Assembly (NCBI GenBank): GCA_964416435.1
Contig: CAYQEG010000010.1
Coordinates: 3,488 to 67,487 of the forward strand
Direction: 5' to 3'
Source: an uncultured Rickettsiales bacterium
GTDB taxonomy: Bacteria > Myxococcota_A > UBA796 > UBA9615
Length of the DNA stretch: 64,000 nucleotides
The notes beneath the pieces are model-generated. The model was not told where the DNA came from and did no database searches. It saw only the letters and a list, made by a program, of their open reading frames with translations. The translations under genes were made by a program, and so were the position numbers. This document shows positions 28,208 to 36,899 of the stretch, piece after piece; within the stretch, counting starts at the first letter, position 1; each line of letters opens with the position of its first letter.

Positions 28208-29059
28208 TCAGGGGTCGAAGCGTCCGCGCTCCCGGGCGAGCAGCACGAACGGCTCGCCGAGGGCGGCGTCCTCCCGGGGCAGGAACACGACGGCGTCCTT
28301 GGTCAGCCGGATCTGCCCGGCGTCACAGGTCGCGATCACCTCGCCCTTGTGCACCTCGGTGCCGTTGGCCAGCGGGCGCGCGAACTGGAGGCCGGTCGCG
28401 GGCACGTGCAGCGCCTCGGTGATCTCGATCACGTGCACGACGGCAGGCTCCGCCGAGCCGGTGAGGAACCGCACCGCGGTGGAGCGCGCCGTGTCCAGCG
28501 CCCGCGCCGTGCCGACCTGGCCGACCTCCGCGGTGATTCCGATGCCGCCGCTCCGGTCGATGAGCGACGCCAACGTCGTCTCCTGAGCCGCTTCGCTGCG
28601 GCCGACGATCGCCAGGTTCAGCCCGATCTGGCCCACCGCCTTGAGGTGGTGGGGCGTGTCGCGCACGACCGCCAGGGGAGGCGTCGGGACCTTGGTCTGG
28701 CGCAGGTCGAGCAGCGAGTCGACGGGCTTGAGCCACTTCCGGAGCAGCGCTGCCCTCTCCCGCTCGTACTCCGGCCCATCGTCGTCACCGTCGCCCGCCT
28801 CGGGTCCGAAGTACCGACTCAGGTCGGCGCCCTCCTCGCTGCCGCGGGTGCCCGCCTGCAGCGCTCTGGGGTTTCCGATGACCAGCCACACCTCATCGCG
28901 GGATGCCTCCCACAGCGGGTGGTCCGGATCCGTCAGCTCGCGCACGACGGTCGCGCCGTCTCCCTCATCGCCGTGCATGGAGCCGACGATGGCAAGTGAG
29001 CGACGTTTTCCGGACAGCCCTCGGCGCAGCCAGAGCCCCTCCTCGATCTCGGTGACCAC
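28208..29059 (-). CDS. Succinylglutamate desuccinylase/aspartoacylase (AstE/AspA) family zinc deacylase
   Basis: GSMHGDEGDG metal-binding motif; ~280 aa. Confidence 0.5.
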   Translation of the reverse strand: MVTEIEEGLWLRRGLSGKRRSLAIVGSMHGDEGDGATVVRELTDPDHPLWEASRDEVWLVIGNPRALQAGTRGSEEGADLSRYFGPEAGDGDDDGPEYERERAALLRKWLKPVDSLLDLRQTKVPTPPLAVVRDTPHHLKAVGQIGLNLAIVGRSEAAQETTLASLIDRSGGIGITAEVGQVGTARALDTARSTAVRFLTGSAEPAVVHVIEITEALHVPATGLQFARPLANGTEVHKGEVIATCDAGQIRLTKDAVVFLPREDAALGEPFVLLARERGRFDP

Positions 29060-29081
29060 GATGCAATTGTAGAGTGGTCCG

Positions 29082-29948
29082 ATGCGTCACTCCACGTTCG
29101 CCCTGATCGGACTCGCGTTCTTGCTCCTGGCGCCGGCCGCCAGAGCCGAGACCGTCGTCATCAAGACCAAGGCTCCGCGCAAGGGAATGGTCGTCAAGAC
29201 GACGGACCTGCTCGAGTTCAGCATGGACCTCGACATCAAGGCCGACGGGCAGCTCCTGGGGACCATGAAGGGCCACCACATCGAGCGATCCCAGCGGACC
29301 GAGAAGGTCCTGCTGTGGACGCACGCAAAGCAGAGGATCTCGGTCGAGTACGTGGAGGTGACGAGCACCGAGAACACCACCGACCCGATGGGGCAGACCG
29401 AGCGCAAGTCCCAGCACGAGGTGCTCTCGGGGCGGAGCTACATCGTCGAGATCACCGAGGACGAGGTCACCTTCGAGTCGCTCGACGCCGACTTCGTGAC
29501 CAACGAGGAGCTCGCCGCGCTCAAGGAGGACTACGAGCCGATGTCGTCCGGCGGCGGCGACTTCAACGACCTCGTCGTCGGCAAGGAGCTCGTGGTCGGG
29601 GAGGAGATCGAGGTCCCCCCCGAGACCATCGCCGAGCTGATGGGAGCGGACGAGGAGTTCGAGGTCGGGGAGTTCGGGATGAGGCTGACCGAGACCCGAC
29701 GGGTCGGCGGCAAGCCGTGCGCGATCTTCGCCATCGACATGGTGCTCAGCAAGCGGGAGGAGGGGCTCCGCATGGTGGTCCGCATGGCCGGCGAGGTCGT
29801 CATCCGGATCAAGGACGGCTGGCTCGTGTCGGTCTCGCTCGAAGGACCTCTCGCCGCTGACGGCACCCTGGAAGACGGCGAGATGAGCCTGTCGATGGTG
29901 GGCGGCGGCACGATGAAGGGGACCCTCAACTACCGCTACAACCGGTGA
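29082..29948 (+). CDS. Hypothetical secreted protein
   Basis: Signal peptide MRHSTFALIGLAFLLLAPAARAE; Lys/Glu-rich; no motif recognised; slightly lower GC than neighbours. Confidence 0.45.
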   Translation: MRHSTFALIGLAFLLLAPAARAETVVIKTKAPRKGMVVKTTDLLEFSMDLDIKADGQLLGTMKGHHIERSQRTEKVLLWTHAKQRISVEYVEVTSTENTTDPMGQTERKSQHEVLSGRSYIVEITEDEVTFESLDADFVTNEELAALKEDYEPMSSGGGDFNDLVVGKELVVGEEIEVPPETIAELMGADEEFEVGEFGMRLTETRRVGGKPCAIFAIDMVLSKREEGLRMVVRMAGEVVIRIKDGWLVSVSLEGPLAADGTLEDGEMSLSMVGGGTMKGTLNYRYNR

Positions 29949-30010
29949 TCTCCGATAGTGACTCTGCCTTGAGTCACTAATCATGGTGGCGGCCTGAGAT
30001 CGCTGGTACG

Positions 30011-32293
30011 GTGCCAACCATGGCCCGGCTCCTGCTGCTTCTGTCCCTCCTGGCGGCCCTCGCGCTGAGCGGCTGCGACCAGGAATGCATCGCCAACTGT
30101 CCCGAAGTCGACGACGACGACTCCGGCGACGATGACGACGTCGCCGACGACGATGACGCGGCGGACGACGACGACACCACCCCACCCATCGACGAGCCGG
30201 ACCCGGAGATCGTCACGGTCCGCGACTGCACCCCGGTGCTCGCGTACCGCCCCGACTGGACCCCCGGCTCGGTCGACGTGGCCGGCGAGTGGAACGCCTG
30301 GGTCGCGGAGCCGATGACCGGCCCCGACGAGGACGGCACCTGGACGATCGAGCTGCCGGCGTTGGACCCGGGCGAGTACGCCTACAAGCACCTGCACAAC
30401 GGCGAGTGGGAGGGGGATCCGCCCCCCTGGGCGTACGCCAAGTGGCTCGACGGCAACGAGAACCGCAACCTGCGGGTGGGCGACTGCAGCCGGCCGCTGC
30501 TGCAGACGGTCGACGCGTCGGCGACGGCCGCCGGCGCCCTGCGGGCGACCGTGCAGATCGCCCTCGCGGAGGACGAGGCGTCCGTCGTCGCGGACGACAT
30601 CCTGGTTCTCGTCGGGGGCGTCGCGGCGCCCGTCGACTTCGACCCCGCGACCGGCCTGCTGAACATCGAGGTCGACGGCCTGGATCCCGGCAAGCACTCG
30701 GTCCTCGTCTACGCGAGCGACGAGGAGGGACGCACGGCCGAGAACGAGCCCCTCTGGATCCCGCTGTGGGTCGAGGACGAAGCGTTCACCTGGGAGGACG
30801 CGCTCATCTACTTCGCGTTCGTCGACCGCTTCCGCAACGGCGACTTCGGCGAAGATCCGTTGTTCGGCCCCGTGCCGGACACGCCGACGGCGGCCAACTA
30901 CCAGGGAGGCGACTTCCTGGGCGTGCTCCAGGCGCTGGAGGAGGGCTGGTTCGAGCAGCTCGGCGTCAACGTGATCTGGCTGACGCCGGTCTACGAGAAC
31001 CCGGACGACCCCTACATCGCGGTCGACGGCATCCACAACTTCAGCGGCTTCCACGGGTACTGGCCCATCGACCCGCTCGCCACCGAGTCCCGCTCCGGGG
31101 ACGTCTGGGTGGACAGCGAGGAGCGGCTCCACGAGCTGATCGAGGCGGCCCACGCGCGCGGCGTGCGCGTCATGTTCGACCTGGTGCTCAACCACGTGCA
31201 CGAGGACCACGTCTACGTGAACGAACACCCCGAGTGGTTCGGCGGCGGCTGCGTCTGCGGCTCCGACGGCTGCGGCTGGGAGGAGCGCGCGCTCGACTGC
31301 TGGTTCACCAGCTACCTGCCCGACCTCGACTACCGCAACCACTGGGTCACCGAGCGCGTGCTCGACGACACCATCGAGCTGATCCGCCGGTACGACGTCG
31401 ACGCGGTGCGGGTGGACGCCGCCAAGCACATGGACCATGTGGTGATGCGGTCGCTGTCGCGGCGGCTGCGGGACGAGTTCGAGGTGGGCGGCGGCGCCGA
31501 GTTCTACCTGGTGGGCGAGACGTTCACCGGCGGGGACGGCCACGGCACGATCATGGACTACGTCAACCCGTGGGAGCTCGACGGCCAGTTCGACTTCCCC
31601 CTGTACTGGACGATCCGCAGCACGTTCGCCCACGACGCTTCGTTCTTCGAGTTGGACGGCGCGGTCTCCACCGGCGAGGCCCAGTACGGCGACGGGCTGA
31701 TGTCACCCTTCGCGGGCAACCACGACATCGCCCGTCTCGCCACCGAGATCGCCGGCAACGACGGCGGCGCGTGGGGCTTCACCGAGGACTGGATGGCGGG
31801 CGGCGGCGACGAGGTCACCCAGTGGGACCTGATCACGCGGCAGTCGATGGCGCTGGCGTTCACGCTGACCCAGCCGGGCGCGCCGCTGCTGTACTACGGC
31901 GACGAGATCGGGCTGGCCGGCAGCGGCGACCCGGACAACCGTCGGTTCATGACCTTCGAGCCGTACCTGTCCGCCAACCAGAGCGAGCTGCTGGGCCGGG
32001 TGCGGAACATCGGGCGAGCGCGCGCCGAGAGCCGGGCCATCCGGCGGGGCGAGCGGCGCACCCTGTGGGTCGACGACGAGCTGTACGTGTACGCGCTGGA
32101 GGCCGGTGACGACGTCGCGATCGTGGCCCTGCACAAGGGCTGGTCGGAGCGCACCGAGACGATCCCGCTGGGCCGGAGCGACCTCGGCGAGTCGCTGGAC
32201 GACGCCGCCTTCGGCCGCAGCTTCTCGGTGGACGGCAGCGACCTGAGCCTGACCCTCGGCTCCTGGGACTACGCGATCCTGATCGCCGACTGA
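30011..32293 (+). CDS. GH13 alpha-amylase-family lipoprotein with poly-Asp linker and starch-binding-like N-domain
   Basis: Lipobox LALSGC; DDDDSGDDDDVADDDDAADDDD; GH13 regions GYWP, GVRVMFDLVLNHV, DAVRVDAAKHM, YLVGE, FAGNHD. Confidence 0.8.
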   Translation: MPTMARLLLLLSLLAALALSGCDQECIANCPEVDDDDSGDDDDVADDDDAADDDDTTPPIDEPDPEIVTVRDCTPVLAYRPDWTPGSVDVAGEWNAWVAEPMTGPDEDGTWTIELPALDPGEYAYKHLHNGEWEGDPPPWAYAKWLDGNENRNLRVGDCSRPLLQTVDASATAAGALRATVQIALAEDEASVVADDILVLVGGVAAPVDFDPATGLLNIEVDGLDPGKHSVLVYASDEEGRTAENEPLWIPLWVEDEAFTWEDALIYFAFVDRFRNGDFGEDPLFGPVPDTPTAANYQGGDFLGVLQALEEGWFEQLGVNVIWLTPVYENPDDPYIAVDGIHNFSGFHGYWPIDPLATESRSGDVWVDSEERLHELIEAAHARGVRVMFDLVLNHVHEDHVYVNEHPEWFGGGCVCGSDGCGWEERALDCWFTSYLPDLDYRNHWVTERVLDDTIELIRRYDVDAVRVDAAKHMDHVVMRSLSRRLRDEFEVGGGAEFYLVGETFTGGDGHGTIMDYVNPWELDGQFDFPLYWTIRSTFAHDASFFELDGAVSTGEAQYGDGLMSPFAGNHDIARLATEIAGNDGGAWGFTEDWMAGGGDEVTQWDLITRQSMALAFTLTQPGAPLLYYGDEIGLAGSGDPDNRRFMTFEPYLSANQSELLGRVRNIGRARAESRAIRRGERRTLWVDDELYVYALEAGDDVAIVALHKGWSERTETIPLGRSDLGESLDDAAFGRSFSVDGSDLSLTLGSWDYAILIAD

Positions 32294-32382
32294 GGGTGCG
32301 CGCCCCACGGACGCACCGTGCGCGCACCGGCGCGGAGGCCGGGCCGATCGCGCAAGTAGCTGAAATCTCTAGCTTCCCAACC

Positions 32383-32398
32383 TGGCACGGCGGTTGCT
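32383..32398 (+). promoter_or_regulatory. Candidate sigma-54 (-24/-12) promoter TGGCACG-N4-TTGCT upstream of the lipoprotein gene at 32411
   Basis: Exact match to the TGGCACGnnnnTTGCW consensus; the expected TSS lies at the ATG, implying a leaderless or near-leaderless transcript. Confidence 0.35.
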
Positions 32399-32410
32399 CT
32401 TACGAGGTGC

Positions 32411-33976
32411 ATGCGCACTACCACGCCGATCTCGATCGCCCTGCTCGCCCTGACCACCGCCTGCACCCCCGACGGCGCGTTCCCGACCGACGCCGAGATC
32501 GAGGGGGTGATCCAGGAGGAGGTCGTCATGGACGACTCCCCCGACTGGAACTACCTGACCGAGTTCGAGAACGACCCCGCCTTCGTGACCGGCGCGCTGT
32601 ACGGGCGGGGCGCCGGCTGGGACCTGGACACCGGCTGCAGCGGATTCCTGGTCGACGACGACATCTGGGTCGACGCGTCCCATTGCGGCATCGTGGCCGA
32701 CGACGACCTGACGATCACGATCCAGATGGGCAACTTCGGCGGGACCGACCCCGGTAACAACGACCCGGCGATCGCCGAAGCGCGCCAGCGGCTGGTCGCG
32801 CTGGGCATCCCCCAGGCGACGGTCGACGGGCTGGGGACCAACTCCTTCACCCGGTGGGTCTGCGACCTGGACCAGGAGATGGTCCCGGACCGCGACATCG
32901 ACTACTACGAGTGCTCGCCGAACCGGGTCAGCTGGACGGAGAGCCCGTCGTGGGAGCCGCGGAGCACGTACGTGGACCTGCTGCCGGGGCACGTCTGGGG
33001 TCACTTCAACGTGGAGCCGGGCGACCGACCCGACGGCCGCGACCTCTACCTCATCTCGCACAACACGAAGTGCGGTGACGGCTCCCGCACGTCGCTGCTG
33101 TCGCCGGGCGAGGTGACGGACGACAGCTCGACCTGCGCCGACGGCGGCGGCTACTCCTGGGGCGACGACTGCTTCAACCACAACGCCGACTCGATGGCCG
33201 GCTCGTCCGGCGCCGTGCTCGTCGACTCGACCACCAACCGCGCCTTCGGCGTGAACCACGGCCACGAGGTCTACTGGTTCGGCGACGAGGACGATCCCTG
33301 CGACAGCTGGTCCTGGGCGGTCAACGACGCGACCTACATCCGCAACGAGATCTACGACTACACGGACGAGGACGCCGGCGGAAACGGCTGGCCGATGGGC
33401 GGCTGGACCTGGGGCACGGCGCCCTGGATCGGCGGCTTCGGGGGGAGCCAGAAGGGCGCCTACTGCGAGGACGGGATGATGGTCGGCGGCGTCGTCGGTT
33501 CGACGGCCCAGGGCGGCTGGGCCGGCAACCTCGGGTTCGTCTGCGTGCCGCACAACAGCAAGTCCGCGTGGCGGTTCGACCGGGCCGAGGTGCTCGCGAT
33601 GGGCTCCTGGGACACCGGCTTCACGTTCGACGTGGTCGACGCCAACACCTACCTGCACGAGGTGCGCAGCGACAACGAGCCGGGCGCCGGCGTGCAGCAC
33701 CTGGCGATGTGCCCGGCCGGCTACTTCGTCGACGGCATCGGCGCGATGGCGGGGCAGTACGTCGGCAAGCTGCTGTTCCTGCTCTGCGAGGACCCCCAGA
33801 ACGGGCACGAGACGTACCGCTGGATCGCCAACGGCGACGGCTTCATCGGCACGAAGGCGTCCGGCCTCGACTACGAGTTCAGCGGCTGCCCGGCGGGGCA
33901 GTACTTCGCCGGCCTGGAGGCCAACACGGGCTGGCACCTGGACGGGTTCAACCCGGTCTGTCGGTACGAGGACTGA
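32411..33976 (+). CDS. Lipoprotein with putative trypsin-like (S1) serine peptidase domain and C-terminal beta-rich domain
   Basis: Lipobox LALTTAC; DASHCG (His) and DSMAGSSGA (Ser) resemble S1 catalytic motifs; the assignment is tentative. Confidence 0.45.
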   Translation: MRTTTPISIALLALTTACTPDGAFPTDAEIEGVIQEEVVMDDSPDWNYLTEFENDPAFVTGALYGRGAGWDLDTGCSGFLVDDDIWVDASHCGIVADDDLTITIQMGNFGGTDPGNNDPAIAEARQRLVALGIPQATVDGLGTNSFTRWVCDLDQEMVPDRDIDYYECSPNRVSWTESPSWEPRSTYVDLLPGHVWGHFNVEPGDRPDGRDLYLISHNTKCGDGSRTSLLSPGEVTDDSSTCADGGGYSWGDDCFNHNADSMAGSSGAVLVDSTTNRAFGVNHGHEVYWFGDEDDPCDSWSWAVNDATYIRNEIYDYTDEDAGGNGWPMGGWTWGTAPWIGGFGGSQKGAYCEDGMMVGGVVGSTAQGGWAGNLGFVCVPHNSKSAWRFDRAEVLAMGSWDTGFTFDVVDANTYLHEVRSDNEPGAGVQHLAMCPAGYFVDGIGAMAGQYVGKLLFLLCEDPQNGHETYRWIANGDGFIGTKASGLDYEFSGCPAGQYFAGLEANTGWHLDGFNPVCRYED

Positions 33977-34009
33977 GCCGAGCCGATCCGACCGGCGTAG
34001 GGTGTCGGC

Positions 34010-34771
34010 ATGCAGACCCAGAACATCGCCGTCTTCGCCGACTTCGAGAACGTCGCCATCGGCGCCAAGGACGCCAAGTTCGACACGTTCAAGATCGAGG
34101 TCGTGCTCCAGCGCCTCCTGGACAAGGGGAGCGTCATCATCAAGCGGGCCTACGCCGACTGGACCCGCTACAGCAGCTCCCGCAAGCCGCTGCACGAGCA
34201 CGGGTTCGAGCTGATCGAGGTCCCCCACGTCAGCTACGGCGGCAAGAACTCGGCCGACATCAAGCTGGTCGTCGACGCGATCGATCTGTGCCACACCAAG
34301 CCCCACGTGCAGGTCTTCGCGATCATCTCGGGCGACTCGGACTTCAGCCCGCTGGTCGCCAAGCTGCGTGAGAACGGCCGGTTCGTCATCGGGGTGGGCG
34401 TCCGGGAGAGCACCAGCGGCCTGCTGGTCGAGTCCTGCGACGAGTTCATCTTCTATGACGACCTCGTCGCCAAGAAGAGGCGCACGAGGAAGGCGCGGGC
34501 GAAGAAGCCGGCGGCCGATTCGAAGGGCAACGAGGCGCTCGACCTGGTGGTCGACGCGGCCGAGGCGCTGCTGCGGGACAAGGGCGAAGCGGTCTGGGGT
34601 TCGCACGTCAAGCAGGTGATCAAGCGCAAGCGGCCGGACTTCGACGAGACCGCGTTCGGCTATCGGGGCTGGGGGGACCTGCTCGAGGACGCCGCCCGCA
34701 AGGGTCGCCTGGAGGTGACGCGCGACTCGGCGTCCGGCGGCTACCGCGTCACCGCGGTGGCGGACGCGTAG
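34010..34771 (+). CDS. NYN (LabA-like) domain + OST-HTH/LOTUS domain protein
   Basis: IAVFADFENV...ISGDSDFSPLV NYN core; C-terminal LDLVVDAAEALL...WGSHVKQVIK OST-HTH-like. Confidence 0.65.
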   Translation: MQTQNIAVFADFENVAIGAKDAKFDTFKIEVVLQRLLDKGSVIIKRAYADWTRYSSSRKPLHEHGFELIEVPHVSYGGKNSADIKLVVDAIDLCHTKPHVQVFAIISGDSDFSPLVAKLRENGRFVIGVGVRESTSGLLVESCDEFIFYDDLVAKKRRTRKARAKKPAADSKGNEALDLVVDAAEALLRDKGEAVWGSHVKQVIKRKRPDFDETAFGYRGWGDLLEDAARKGRLEVTRDSASGGYRVTAVADA

Positions 34772-35117
34772 CGCCGCAGCGTCCCCCTCCAGCTGAGAGG
34801 GGGGTGATGCGGGCTGAGACTACACCCGCTTCATGACCGGTCTCTCGTCGCCGTACCCCGGAAGTGGCAACCGGGTTGGCTCCTTGTCCGCCGCGTCTCC
34901 GCGGCATCCGATCAGGACCGCCTTTGTTGAGGGGGAGGCTGTTCCCCCATCGTCACGCCTCGCTCGGCGCGCGGCTTCCGTCCGACGCAGGCCTTGCGCC
35001 GGGTCTTCTACCCGCAACTCGCCAACCGCTTCGGCCTTGGGAGCGTCCGCGGCCTCCGTTCCCCGAGGGGCGGAGGTTTGGGCCCTTCGTGAGGGCATGA
35101 CCGGCAGGGTCTTTCCT

Positions 35118-35193
35118 TGGCAACGAACGTCGGATTCGCACCGACGACCGCCTGGTCAAGAGCCAGGTGCTCTACTTGCTGAGCTAGTTCATC
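35118..35193 (-). tRNA. tRNA-like gene, anticodon CUU (Lys), 76 nt with encoded CCA; noncanonical G37, G55, A18; may be a pseudo-tRNA
   Basis: Hand-folded cloverleaf: acceptor GATGAAC/GTTCGTT (2 GU pairs), D-stem GCTC/GAGC, anticodon stem CCTGG/CCAGG with loop CUCUUGA, variable loop CGGTC, T-stem GTCGG/CCGAC with loop TGCGAAT, discriminator G, CCA. Confidence 0.45.
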
Positions 35194-35623
35194 GTCACGC
35201 CTCAGCGCCCTGCCCGCCGTTCCGCCGCCTTTTGAGCGACCGAATGCGACACTGCGACTGGCGTTCGCCCTGGCGGGCTTTACCCGAAGGTCGGGATTCG
35301 GGGAGTTCCACCCGTCACCCCGGCTCCTGCGACGCGGCCCTTGGCTTCCACCTCTCGGACTCGCGCGCTACCGGTTGGGACTCCCCGACAATCCGGTTGG
35401 AGTCGATCGGCCTCCGACGTCCCCGTCGGGTGCTTCCGGTGACCTCCTTGCGGGCCGAAGCCCCGGTTTGGACCACCGTCCCCGCCCTCCCGGGCGGGCC
35501 GACCACCGGACCGCCGGATCGGACCGCCAGCTGACGATCCGCCCTGGGTCAGGTGTCCCTCGGCTTGCGTAGACGGTCCCGTTCCCGGGCGACAGGGCTG
35601 TGACATCCCTGCCTTCCGCCGGG

Positions 35624-36784
35624 TCACCCCGACGTCTCCTGACGACCCCACGCGGCCGGTCGTGCTCCGGGCGGCCCGGCCCGCCGGCGCGCGCCCCCGG
35701 CGGCGCCCCGCCCCGGCCGGGGGGGGGGGGGGGGGGGCGGGGCCGCCCGGGGGCGGGGGGCCCGGGGGGGGGGGCCCCCACGGCGACTGCGGTTCATGTC
35801 CGCCAGGGTGGTGCGCGTGTGGTGGTCGATGTTGGACTCGGAGAGCAGCTCGGCGACCGAGCCGGGCTCGAAGAAGCCCTCGTCGAACCCCTCCGCCCGG
35901 GCGCGCTCGGTGGCGGCCATGACCGCGGCAAACGCGCGCGCGACTTCGACCCGGTCGGCGTCGGCCGGGCAGACCCGGTCGAGCAGCTTCAGGCCGAACC
36001 CGAGCAGCGCGCCGCCGGTGCACGGCACGGGCGGCACGTAGAGCTTGCCGCCCCGGTAGTCGATCTCCAGGGGGTCGAGGACCGTCGGCCGGAACCCGGC
36101 GAGGTCCTCCATCGTGATCGAGCCGTTGGGCGGGCCGAATTCGTCGACCAGCGCCTGGGCGTATCGACCCGAGACGAACGGGCCCGAGCCGTCGAGCGCG
36201 AACGCCTCCAGCGCGTCGCCCATCGACGGGATCGTGACTCGCATCCCCTCCCCCAGCGGCCGACCGTCGGGGTTGAACAGCGCGTCGCTGCACGGACCGA
36301 CCGACGTGATCGCTTCGAGCATCGTCGAGACGACCTGGGTGCCGTGAGTGGCGTCCCATCCGCCCCGGGCGAGCCGGATCGCGGGGCGGGCGATCGTCTC
36401 CAGGGGCAGCCGCCCCCAACGGCTCCACAGCAGCTCGAGCCCCGGGGCCACCGTCGGCACGGCGGTCGAGCCGCGGCCGGCGTGGAACAGCTGCGTGGTC
36501 GGGCCGTAGTCCACCTCCAGGGCGCGGAAGTCGCGAGGCTTCAAGCCGACCCCGAGCCCGGGGAACACCGACATCGAGTTGACGATCTGGACGCGCCCGG
36601 TCGCCCCCTCTCGGACGGTGGCCACCATGCCGCCGCCCAGCCCCATCAGCAGGGGCTCGCACACGCCCGCGGCGAGGGCCGCAGCCACCGCCGCGTCCGC
36701 CGCCGTGCCGCCCGCGCGCAACACCTCAACCGCTGCATCCGTCGTCGACGCGTGGCCCGTGGCCACCGATCCCAGGTCCGCCAT
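35624..36784 (-). pseudogene. Gamma-glutamyltranspeptidase family gene, large-subunit region only; reading frame dissolves into poly-Pro in G19/G11 homopolymer tracts. Truncation, frameshift or assembly error
   Basis: N-terminus matches GGT (TAADAAVAAALAAGVCEPLLMGLGGGMVA); homology ends near 35782; the remainder translates the poly-G tract; no small-subunit coding sequence downstream. Confidence 0.5.
35719..35775. repeat. G19 and G11 homopolymer tracts
   Basis: Runs of 19 and 11 G directly visible at 35719-35737 and 35764-35774. Confidence 0.9.
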
Positions 36785-36899
36785 CCATCGAAGGTATCAG
36801 GCCGATCGCGGCCCCGCGACCACCCGGCGCCGGATCGCGGTCCGGGCCGCGCTGCCTGGGTGCCCCAGCCCCGAGGAGCGGGAGACCGGGTCTCCGCGA

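Noticed and set aside
34772-35623. RNase P RNA, tmRNA or SRP RNA in the long noncoding region
   Set aside because: On either strand I could not find the conserved RNase P CR-I/CR-IV blocks (GGAAAGUCCGGGCUCC, ACAGAAnCCGGCUUA), the tmRNA 5' GGGGnUGAnnnGGnUUCGACG, or the 3' tRNA-Ala-like end. Only a tRNA-like cloverleaf is supportable by hand, and a covariance-model search is needed.
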